A stretch of DNA of 64,000 nucleotides from the IMG/VR virus record IMGVR_UViG_3300022925_000008, positions 67,198-131,197 of that record. One strand, written 5' to 3'. This DNA is from a virus. Below, in pieces: positions 17,242 to 25,215 of this stretch; position 1 is the first letter of the stretch; the number at the start of each line of letters is the position of its first letter. Both the position numbers and the translations under genes were made by a program. The notes beneath the pieces were generated by a model, which searched no databases, was not told the origin of the DNA, and saw only the letters and a program-made list of their open reading frames with translations.

Positions 17242-18560
17242 TAAGACTCTGAACTAAACGGGAGAACTTCAATCGTAACGTCTAGTCCCCAGTATTTCAA
17301 GAACTCTTCATTCTCGCGAATAAGATCATCCTCTCGAACCTTAACGATTTGCGACTTGCTTGTATAATGAATTATGATAGCACCTTTATTCCAACCAGTC
17401 TGTTTCATGTGTCTCATAATATAAGCACAAGCATGACCATAAGACAGTTTGTCAGCAGTAGCAGTAACACAAGCGATACCATGCTGTTCATAGTCTATGT
17501 ATTTCTTCTTCGTAAGTTCACCATCTGTGTAGGTAATCAAATTGCCTTTGATTAATCGTTCGTTCGCTTCACGAGTTTTCATCGTAATAAACGACTTGAA
17601 CGTTCCGTTGAATGCTACTTTGGTAGGAATAATTCCAGACGTCAAGAAATAATCAGTCAAAAGAACTTTAACATATTCCTTTGCTGATTCATTCGTAGGA
17701 TCAAAGTTTGGGAGTTTCTCAGAAACAATGCGATCAAACTGCATTTTGAGGTCGTTCTGAGAGTTTTTTCCACGGAAGGTGTCGCTTTCTCGGTTAAGAC
17801 CTGAACCAAGTAGTTCTTGCACAACTGGAAGATCACTAGGATCATTAGTTAGATCTGTCCACGGAACAAAGATGGTAGAAACTTCATTCCATCGTGCCCA
17901 ATCAGCAGCAGTAAGTCTAGTATTGCCATCATTAACACAATGGCTACCGTCAGGCATAACAACTACGACGATCGGAGAAAACTTTTCCCTAGCACCTTCT
18001 GGGTTTTCGTTCATATAGTCTCTGATTTTAGTTGCAGTTGCTATATTCGTTAGCACAACTCTAACCTGTTTACGAGAATATGAAAGAACAGTATCTATAG
18101 GTGTCATCACAACAGGATAAAACCCTTCTTCAATGCATTTTATGACATTTTGTGTACGCGCAGATGTTTCTGAGATGGTAGGAGTAAAATCTTCAAAGTC
18201 ATCTTCAGCAATAAAATTGATTACATTCTTCATGATATCCGGATCGACTCGCCCATCACCTTTATGTGCACTGTTAACTACATTGTAGAAGTTATCAGGA
18301 CATTCAGAGAGTCCATAGTCGAGTGCCATCCACTCAGCAGAAGTAGTCATAGAGACAGAAGGTCGTGCTAAGATAAAACGGTCAATATGACCAGCGCGAT
18401 AATCATCCCAAAACTCGTTATCATGACCTAAAGATGTTACGTAAGTTAGAGGTTCACCAGCAACTTTAGAACCAATTACCTTTTTACCATTTACTCGGTT
18501 CTTCAAACCATAGAGAATACCATAGTCTGTACCGAAAATTTTAGTTTGTTCAACGTTCAT
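17241..18560 (-). CDS. Degenerate Seg-like GIY-YIG domain fused to a ParB/Srx-like domain
   Basis: GILY..KNRVNGKKVIG...YVTS...E...FYN; PIVVV...DGNTR. Confidence 0.55.
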   Translation of the reverse strand: MNVEQTKIFGTDYGILYGLKNRVNGKKVIGSKVAGEPLTYVTSLGHDNEFWDDYRAGHIDRFILARPSVSMTTSAEWMALDYGLSECPDNFYNVVNSAHKGDGRVDPDIMKNVINFIAEDDFEDFTPTISETSARTQNVIKCIEEGFYPVVMTPIDTVLSYSRKQVRVVLTNIATATKIRDYMNENPEGAREKFSPIVVVVMPDGSHCVNDGNTRLTAADWARWNEVSTIFVPWTDLTNDPSDLPVVQELLGSGLNRESDTFRGKNSQNDLKMQFDRIVSEKLPNFDPTNESAKEYVKVLLTDYFLTSGIIPTKVAFNGTFKSFITMKTREANERLIKGNLITYTDGELTKKKYIDYEQHGIACVTATADKLSYGHACAYIMRHMKQTGWNKGAIIIHYTSKSQIVKVREDDLIRENEEFLKYWGLDVTIEVLPFSSES

Positions 18561-18623
18561 ATTTTTTTCCTTAATTAATAAAGTGATTTATTTTGACCCA
18601 CCTCAATGGCGGATACGAAAAGA

Positions 18624-18673
18624 ATTATACTCTATTTTTTTAAGAAAGTAAAGTTTATGTAAGTAATTGATTT
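18624..18673 (-). promoter_or_regulatory. Early-type promoter: IHF-like box + TATAAT
   Basis: AAATCAATTACTTA, 30 nt, TATAAT. Confidence 0.75.
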
Positions 18674-19191
18674 TGTTCAGTTTTTTTGTAAGAAGAAGCA
18701 AGAGAACCTTTTCTACCGGAGTAAAGTGCCTTGCGGATGATGGGGTCTTTGTTATAGTAGACGCCTTCTGAATAAGTCGAACCACCGATCTTGAAGATCG
18801 ATAGACTGGCGCCACTTTTCTGTTTGCCCCAGAAAAAGAACCCGCATTTCTCATAGAAGGCCACAGCATCAGGTTCTGCAGAAACGCGGAAATACAATGC
18901 TTTGTTTTCTATAGCGTAACTTAAAGAATAATCAGTTAACATTCTACCCACACCCTTGCCGCGATGTTTATTAAAAGTGTGCAACAACTGCAGGTTGGCG
19001 ACTTTGGGTTCTCGTTTAGAGATAGTCGTTATGATAGCGCCCAATAATTCATCGTTTTCCCACGCTCCCACGCAAAACTCCCATTGTTTCTGCATATTTG
19101 CTTTGGCAACAAAGGTTTTGGCAAATTTGTCTGCAGGATCTTCGGTAATACAAGAACGAAATTCTTCTAAAGTGCAACTACGCAACTTCAT
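18655..19191 (-). CDS. GNAT-family acyltransferase
   Basis: LLHTFNKHRGKGVGRML (acyl-CoA motif A), AVAFYEKCGF. Confidence 0.88.
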   Translation of the reverse strand: MKLRSCTLEEFRSCITEDPADKFAKTFVAKANMQKQWEFCVGAWENDELLGAIITTISKREPKVANLQLLHTFNKHRGKGVGRMLTDYSLSYAIENKALYFRVSAEPDAVAFYEKCGFFFWGKQKSGASLSIFKIGGSTYSEGVYYNKDPIIRKALYSGRKGSLASSYKKTEQNQLLT

Positions 19192-20068
19192 TATATACCC
19201 TTACCTTGGTACCTCTACCTTGAATTCCTCTTTCTTTGGCATATTTGGTTTTTAACCACCCAGCATATTCTTCTAAGTTCCACACAAAGGGAGGAAAGGT
19301 ATAATCATGCATGAATAAAAGTTCTGAAACTGATGGACCATCGTTCAATGCAGCATCAATAAAATCAAGGGCGAATCTAAATTGTGATTCTACCTCTGCA
19401 CGTTTTGTAGTAGAGCGAAAACAACGAAACTCAATAGTTCCAGTATGCTTCATACAATATGTGTTGATCGCATAACGAAACGGACGACCCATTGACACTC
19501 CGTCTTTGCCAGCAGCGTGCAGTTTAATAAAATGGTTGAAGTCCGTGGCAAGATTAATAATGTTGTTGCTCATATATTCTGGCATTTGTCGACCACCATC
19601 ATATTTAAGATACATCTTGGCACCCCTGGTTAATTTCATTTCATGATGATCATAGAATCCATAACACGCTTCGACAGTATCTTCTTGATTTTCCGCCACA
19701 TATGCTATTAGTTTTTTGAGAGCTGTAATATCATCTTTCAACCCAGGAACAAATACATGAAGGTGTCCATGATTGACAACGCTTGCTGTCGGAGTATCGC
19801 CATGAGCAACAAATAGATCATGCAGTTCCATTACACGGTCTGCTTGTTCTTGCCATGTTTTGGTAGGTTTTGTATTAATCTCTCCACCATAAGGAGGAGA
19901 TTCTCCGAGAGGATCACACGCCACATACTGGTATGGGGGATTGAGATTTAAAATGTCGGTCTCAGAATATTCCCAACTCCCCAGATGTTCTGGTATTTCT
20001 AACCTACGATCAATATCACCCCACTCAATTTCGTAACCCCACGTAAAATCATTCTTATCAAAACTCAT
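19178..20068 (-). CDS. Putative amidoligase (COOH-NH2 ligase, glutamine synthetase/GCL fold)
   Basis: WGYEIE, GGEINTKP, GHLHV, RYAIN, TIEFR motifs. Confidence 0.82.
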   Translation of the reverse strand: MSFDKNDFTWGYEIEWGDIDRRLEIPEHLGSWEYSETDILNLNPPYQYVACDPLGESPPYGGEINTKPTKTWQEQADRVMELHDLFVAHGDTPTASVVNHGHLHVFVPGLKDDITALKKLIAYVAENQEDTVEACYGFYDHHEMKLTRGAKMYLKYDGGRQMPEYMSNNIINLATDFNHFIKLHAAGKDGVSMGRPFRYAINTYCMKHTGTIEFRCFRSTTKRAEVESQFRFALDFIDAALNDGPSVSELLFMHDYTFPPFVWNLEEYAGWLKTKYAKERGIQGRGTKVRVYNEVA

Positions 20069-20751
20069 TGCAAATCCTCAAAAATATGTTTTATGTTAAA
20101 TGGCACAGTACAATCGTATATTTTCATTTGATCTTTTTCAACAACATAATTATGTAACTGATCAGTTTTATGTATATCCCTTAATCCTGCGCGTCTTGCA
20201 ACGTCTGCAGTAGACGTAAATATGATACCCCTTTCGTGCATACTATACCAGAGTGGACGTTCATGGTTACGAAAGGCAGTCAACGAATTGTTCTTACTGT
20301 TAAGTGCACAGACCGCCATGCTTGCGGTAGGAAAGTCAATGAATGGGTGTGAATCGTTTTCTAGACTTCTCAATATCAACTCAGAGTCATTATTAGTTTC
20401 ACACTTGTACAACCAGTTTACTTTTGGTTCTTGAGAAACAACGCCGTTGTGTGATATTGAGATATTTTCGGCAGCGAGGGGTTGGGGATATTTTAGATCA
20501 GACGTAGAGTATCTTGTATGACCTATCATGTACAGATTGCCGTTGCTATGAATTGCATCAAAGAGATCAAACTTCTGGAAGAATTCTTCGGCGGGGATAC
20601 GGTCTTTAACTGTTACCAAACCACTTTCGGTAATATATGAAAGTCCGGTCGAATGTTTTCCGCGGATTTGAGATTCATAGAATAAATTTTCAACTAGAGC
20701 GAGATCCTCTTCTTGGACATTTTTCAAATAAATTCCCAAAACTCCGCACAT
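20065..20751 (-). CDS. Class II (Ntn) glutamine amidotransferase
   Basis: N-terminal MCG, RG..STG, GHTRYST, QP, HNG, NDSE. Confidence 0.9.
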   Translation of the reverse strand: MCGVLGIYLKNVQEEDLALVENLFYESQIRGKHSTGLSYITESGLVTVKDRIPAEEFFQKFDLFDAIHSNGNLYMIGHTRYSTSDLKYPQPLAAENISISHNGVVSQEPKVNWLYKCETNNDSELILRSLENDSHPFIDFPTASMAVCALNSKNNSLTAFRNHERPLWYSMHERGIIFTSTADVARRAGLRDIHKTDQLHNYVVEKDQMKIYDCTVPFNIKHIFEDLQ

Positions 20752-20912
20752 CAATTATCTCTCTCATCTTTTTTTACAAGGTAAGTTATATTATGCCCTA
20801 TTATACTAGAATTGTCAAGGCATTTCCCACATTTCGTTCCAACTTTGTTTATCAAAAAAGGTTCTTTATCCAGCATCTTCTCAGTTATGGCATTACAAAT
20901 GCAAATGTACAT
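20751..20912 (-). CDS. BFD-like [2Fe-2S] ferredoxin, 53 aa (not in ORF track)
   Basis: MYICICNAITE...GTKCGKC (CxC...CxxC); its stop overlaps the GATase ATG (TGATG). Confidence 0.75.
   Translation of the reverse strand: MYICICNAITEKMLDKEPFLINKVGTKCGKCLDNSSIIGHNITYLVKKDERDN
20790..20818 (-). promoter_or_regulatory. Sigma70-type promoter upstream of the GATase gene
   Basis: TTGACA, 17 nt, CATAAT. Confidence 0.6.
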
Positions 20913-21019
20913 TACGTGAATATAGTTACGATAATTGATATTATAAGAACGTTGGATATCGTTCCACTAATAAACCCATAACAGAACTTTTCAAACAATT
21001 CGTCTTTATAGTTTTTCAT
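20912..21019 (-). CDS. 35-aa membrane peptide (not in ORF track)
   Basis: MKNYKDELFEKFCYGFISGTISNVLIISIIVTIFT; TAATG coupling. Confidence 0.5.
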   Translation of the reverse strand: MKNYKDELFEKFCYGFISGTISNVLIISIIVTIFT

Positions 21020-21020
21020 A

Positions 21021-21437
21021 TTATGAAACCTCAGAAACTCTTTTTCTTAAATCGCTTGTTGAAAACCTATGGTCTCTCTTATTAAAATAAATTTCAATTC
21101 CTCGACTGGCACATATTGCGCGTCCAGTAAACTTATTATCTTTATATTCAGATCCTATTATTCTAACATCAAAATTGTACATTGTCAAGATGTCTTCGAG
21201 ATCTTGTTCAGTTTGGTATGGAATAATTTCGTCGACGTATTTAATAGCATTTAGTTGTGCGTAACGTTCTACAAGGGTTTGTACCGGAGAGTTTTTGTTT
21301 GCCCGATCAACGCTAGGGTCAACCTGTAATCCGCAGATCAAATAGTCGCACTGGTCTTTTGCTTCTCGAAGCATCGCAACATGTCCTGCGTGGAGAAGAT
21401 CGAAAGTGCTTGCAGTAAATCCTACTATACGTTCCAT
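21021..21437 (-). CDS. Cytidylyltransferase (HIGH family, TagD/glycerol-3-phosphate cytidylyltransferase-like)
   Basis: GFTASTFDLLHAGH, LICGLQ.DPS, ER, FSTSDL; start taken at MERIV. Confidence 0.88.
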   Translation of the reverse strand: MERIVGFTASTFDLLHAGHVAMLREAKDQCDYLICGLQVDPSVDRANKNSPVQTLVERYAQLNAIKYVDEIIPYQTEQDLEDILTMYNFDVRIIGSEYKDNKFTGRAICASRGIEIYFNKRDHRFSTSDLRKRVSEVS

Positions 21438-21634
21438 GATCTTCCTTCTTCGATGGCATCCTGCGCGCATTGAATATATTCGCGATCTTCTTCTGAAAGA
21501 ATGCTCCAAAATTTACTGACTTCTAATGTAAGATCATAAACTTCATCTATGTGCTCTAGATGATAATTGGATTCCATCAATTCTTGTATATAATCTAATC
21601 TAGATTTGATTTTTTGTCTTAACATTAATGCCAC
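21425..21634 (-). CDS. Hypothetical protein
   Basis: 69-aa coupled ORF. Confidence 0.6.
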   Translation of the reverse strand: MALMLRQKIKSRLDYIQELMESNYHLEHIDEVYDLTLEVSKFWSILSEEDREYIQCAQDAIEEGRSWNV

Positions 21635-22284
21635 CGATAAAACTTATGAGATCCAATCCTACCAACGGGAACCATACCCCTGTCGTTGATCCAGTTTGGC
21701 GTTACGTATGTCGCGTGATAATGTGTAGCACCTTCTGTGATGCCTCTCCAACCGCCTCGTAGAGACATCTCGGCAATGATTTGTGATTCAATATAGGCAT
21801 CTGTTTCCATAGGTTCATCACTCAACCCATCACAGAACCAAGAGAAGTGACACATACCACGAACCGGAACCTCGTTACCTTTCCAGTTGGTTCGCATCAC
21901 TGACTGGTTGACAACTTCGCAGACGGTGTCGGGGAACAGATTGCTATCAACCCTGTTTAAGACTACATCAGCAACAGCAACACGCCCAGCGAAATTATCA
22001 CTCCGAGACTCGTGATAAACATTAAGAGCGAGGCATTCCAATTCTTGGATTCTTGCAGCTTCCTCTGCATCTCTTGATCCGCTTGGTGCAAATTTTGGTT
22101 CTTCTTCAAGTGTTTGAAGTGGCGGTTCAATTGCCGTTGTTTCTTCAATCGGTTTGGGGATCTCATCGGTTCCTCCTAAAAATATTAGGGCACTGGTCAC
22201 AATCAAGAAAGAGAAAAATAAACCCAGGAACCATACGAATCTATTAGTCGCTTGAAATATCGGAAGGTTCTTCATATGTTGCAT
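21625..22284 (-). CDS. SleB-like cell wall hydrolase (Hydrolase_2) with an N-terminal TM anchor
   Basis: CLALNVYHESR, AVADVVLNRV, FSW.CDG, ATHYHA, IGSHKFY motifs. Confidence 0.88.
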   Translation of the reverse strand: MQHMKNLPIFQATNRFVWFLGLFFSFLIVTSALIFLGGTDEIPKPIEETTAIEPPLQTLEEEPKFAPSGSRDAEEAARIQELECLALNVYHESRSDNFAGRVAVADVVLNRVDSNLFPDTVCEVVNQSVMRTNWKGNEVPVRGMCHFSWFCDGLSDEPMETDAYIESQIIAEMSLRGGWRGITEGATHYHATYVTPNWINDRGMVPVGRIGSHKFYRWH

Positions 22285-22501
22285 TACCCCACACTTTTGA
22301 TGAATTCAATTTCTTTCCATACTCATTAGTAAATATCATCTCATTATCTTCCCCGTCCCAATCACAATGCACTGCATCAAACGCTTCTAATATAGCACCC
22401 CAAGTCTGAGCTGCTCCAACAATACATCCTTCTCTTCTACCCCAGTAAAAAGCAGCTGCCATACAAATTATCGTTAACAATGTTTGTTCGAATGGTTCCA
22501 T
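22244..22501 (-). CDS. Hypothetical membrane-anchored protein
   Basis: 85 aa with a hydrophobic N-terminus; SD GGAG. Confidence 0.6.
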   Translation of the reverse strand: MEPFEQTLLTIICMAAAFYWGRREGCIVGAAQTWGAILEAFDAVHCDWDGEDNEMIFTNEYGKKLNSSKVWGNATYEEPSDISSD

Positions 22502-22512
22502 AGACGTTTCTC

Positions 22513-23940
22513 CTAGAAAATTTTAATAGAACTGAGTTTTTCCCCAGATACCCTCCTTCCAGCGTCGCTATTATCAAACACAGGCCCAGTGTCTTGGACA
22601 AGGTCTTGCGTAGCATTATCAATGTCATACAGTCTCATTTTAGATCGATCAACCCCAATACAAAAACGTTTATTTGAATTGGGATCGTTATATCGATTCT
22701 TCAATTGTTTAACCATAATTTGATTGAGTCCTTCAAGTTCTTCGTTTGATACTAAAGCGAACATAAGATCCGCAGTCGCCGGTAAACCGAACGATTCAGA
22801 AGTATCCTCAAGTCCAGGGTCAGAGTTACCAAATCCACTTCTTGTGGTTTGGGTCGCTGACATGATAGGGACATTAAACTCTACCGCCAATCCTCTCATC
22901 TCTTCGGCGATAGCCTTAATGTATGAGTAAGAATTAATTACACCGCCCATTCCCTTCATTCTTGAAGATGCACATATATTTAGATAATCTATGAAAATTA
23001 TTTCTGGTTTAAATGATTTTTTTAATTTTAGTTCGTTAAGCAATGCACGGAAATGACTAGTATGCGCAGCACCAGTAGGGTATTCTTTAACAATAAGTTT
23101 ACCTTTGGTTTTTGCTGCTATCTTACCAACCCGATCTCTGAATGTTTGTTTAGACATATGATCTAAAGAACCAATCGGCACGTTCATCAAATTTGCATCA
23201 ATCCTCTCGGCGATACGTTCTTCGGCCATTTCCATTGTTATGTAAAGAACGTTATGACCAAGGGAAAGGCAACTGGCAGCATGATGACACATAAAGAGAC
23301 TTTTACCCACGCCTGTACCAGCCAGTGCGATGTTCAGAGTCTTATTGGGAAGACCACCTTTGGTGATGGTGTTAAGGTATTCCAAATCAAAGGGAATACG
23401 GTCTTCTTGCTCATGATAAAAGTCGTATCGCTCATCTACATTTTCTAAATAGTCATGTCCAACATTAGTGTCAAAACAGACTGCCAGTGCCTCTGTTAAC
23501 ACATCAGGAATTGCATTTTTAGACAATTTCTGATGCTTGCCATCAATTATCTGGATTGATTCCATGATGGCATTATACACCGCACGGTCTTGACACCACT
23601 TCTCAGTTGTGTCTAATAACCATTCACTGTCTTCTTTCTTTGCCTGAAAAATATCAGGAAGAATGTCGATAGCGTGGGTGTACATTTCTGGATTAAGACC
23701 GACTTCATCAATCTCAATCTTAAACGCTTCGAGGGATGGAAGTTTATTATATTTGGAAACAAACTTCACTACCTGATTAAATAACTCACGGTAGATACCC
23801 TCAAAATAGTCTTTCTTAACAAACGGTAGAACCTTTCGCATAAAAGGTTCGTTGGTTAAAATGTTTCTTAAGATAGTTTTTTCTAAATCAATGTTCATTA
23901 ATGTCCTTGGTCGCGAGTGATCCATTTCCTGCTGCTTCAT
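22513..23940 (-). CDS. gp41: Replicative DnaB-like helicase (T4 gp41)
   Basis: LAGTGVGKS, ITMEMAEERIAERIDAN, KEYPT, IDYL, TSESFGLPATAD. Confidence 0.96.
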   Translation of the reverse strand: MKQQEMDHSRPRTLMNIDLEKTILRNILTNEPFMRKVLPFVKKDYFEGIYRELFNQVVKFVSKYNKLPSLEAFKIEIDEVGLNPEMYTHAIDILPDIFQAKKEDSEWLLDTTEKWCQDRAVYNAIMESIQIIDGKHQKLSKNAIPDVLTEALAVCFDTNVGHDYLENVDERYDFYHEQEDRIPFDLEYLNTITKGGLPNKTLNIALAGTGVGKSLFMCHHAASCLSLGHNVLYITMEMAEERIAERIDANLMNVPIGSLDHMSKQTFRDRVGKIAAKTKGKLIVKEYPTGAAHTSHFRALLNELKLKKSFKPEIIFIDYLNICASSRMKGMGGVINSYSYIKAIAEEMRGLAVEFNVPIMSATQTTRSGFGNSDPGLEDTSESFGLPATADLMFALVSNEELEGLNQIMVKQLKNRYNDPNSNKRFCIGVDRSKMRLYDIDNATQDLVQDTGPVFDNSDAGRRVSGEKLSSIKIF

Positions 23941-24190
23941 CTAGAACAGTTTCTAGAATAGATCCCACAAATTCTTGAAGTTCAACATTACTAACTGAAA
24001 GAGAATCGTCAGGAGAATATATTATTGTAAAGTTAAAATTCAAACATTTCAAGGGGCCATTAAAAGAAATATTACCAAATCGGATAATAGTTTCAACAAA
24101 ATCCCCTTTTAAGATTCTTATATCCCAACCCTGCGAATTATCATCGTCTGTTGGTATAAGTTCAAAATCTATTCCTTCGTGAAAACTCAT
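23888..24190 (-). CDS. Hypothetical protein in the gp40 position
   Basis: Lies between uvsX and gp41; sequence homology to gp40 not established. Confidence 0.6.
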   Translation of the reverse strand: MSFHEGIDFELIPTDDDNSQGWDIRILKGDFVETIIRFGNISFNGPLKCLNFNFTIIYSPDDSLSVSNVELQEFVGSILETVLDEAAGNGSLATKDINEH

Positions 24191-25212
24191 TACTCTTCTT
24201 CCAGTTCTAATTGGATTTCTGTCTTATTTCCAATCTGATACATCTTAGAAACAAATTCAGAGAACTGCGCGTCTTCTAAAATGTCTTTCCAGAATTCACT
24301 ATTCAATTCACTAGCACGATACTTTTTATCTTCACGCGGTTTTTGATACCAACCGTTAGATGGTTTGACAACCCATCCACCTGCCATGGCAATGTCAAGT
24401 AGACCAGACATCTCATCAATGCCGCCATCCCAAGTAACGCTGATTGGAATCTTGCTTTTCTCTTTTACATAACGAGACTTATCCACATTTACAATAAAAT
24501 CATATCCAGTGATTTCGGTACCAGTTTTGTTCTGTCGTCGACCGATAATCCAGATGTTGTCGGCAGAGTAATAGATGCCAGTACCACCACCAACAATATC
24601 TTTAGGGAACAATCCAATCTCTTTGTAGGTATGATTGACCGCGAGGAGCGGAATGTTCTTCATCGTCAAATAGGGTGTGGTCATACGAAACAAACCTTTC
24701 AGTGCTTTTGCTCGTGACATATCGGCAACAGACTTCTCGTTCAAAGTATCTTCCATTTCTTTCTTCGAAGCAAGGTTGCCTATAGAATCAATGACAATAA
24801 TTACTTTCTCTTTTTTATCAATACTTTCAAGTTGTGCAATAATATCAAACTTTAATTCTTCGACGTTGGTGATTGGGATATGCAAAACTCTATCCAAATC
24901 AATATCAAAGGTTTCAAAGTAAGACTGAGGAGATCCAAACTCAGAATCGTAAAACATCATTACTGCTTCAGGGTCTGAATTAAGATATGCAGATGCAATT
25001 TTAAGAGCAAACGATGTCTTGAAGTGTTTTGATGGACCCGCTAGAACGGTCAACCCTGAAGAGATCCCGCCCGAGAGGGAACCAGAGAGCGCGACGTTCA
25101 ACATCGGCACGTCTGTGGGGATTTGTTCTTTATTGGCAAAGAACTCCGACTTAGACAGCACCTCTGTGTGATCTAGCTTGCTGTTCTTTTTTAGTTTCGA
25201 CATTAACGACAT
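24190..25212 (-). CDS. uvsX: RecA-like recombinase UvsX
   Basis: LAGPSKHFKT, FYDSEFG, DSIGNLAS, GGTGIYYSAD. Confidence 0.96.
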   Translation of the reverse strand: MSLMSKLKKNSKLDHTEVLSKSEFFANKEQIPTDVPMLNVALSGSLSGGISSGLTVLAGPSKHFKTSFALKIASAYLNSDPEAVMMFYDSEFGSPQSYFETFDIDLDRVLHIPITNVEELKFDIIAQLESIDKKEKVIIVIDSIGNLASKKEMEDTLNEKSVADMSRAKALKGLFRMTTPYLTMKNIPLLAVNHTYKEIGLFPKDIVGGGTGIYYSADNIWIIGRRQNKTGTEITGYDFIVNVDKSRYVKEKSKIPISVTWDGGIDEMSGLLDIAMAGGWVVKPSNGWYQKPREDKKYRASELNSEFWKDILEDAQFSEFVSKMYQIGNKTEIQLELEEE

Positions 25213-25215
25213 ATT

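Noticed and set aside
4409-20068. Many ORFs end in E-V-A or E-A-A (AEVA, GEVA, EVAC, NEVA)
   Set aside because: Explained by the SD sequence (GAGG) of the next, translationally coupled gene; not a shared protein motif.
23888-24190. Calling this ORF T4 gp40
   Set aside because: Only positional support; no recognisable sequence motif.
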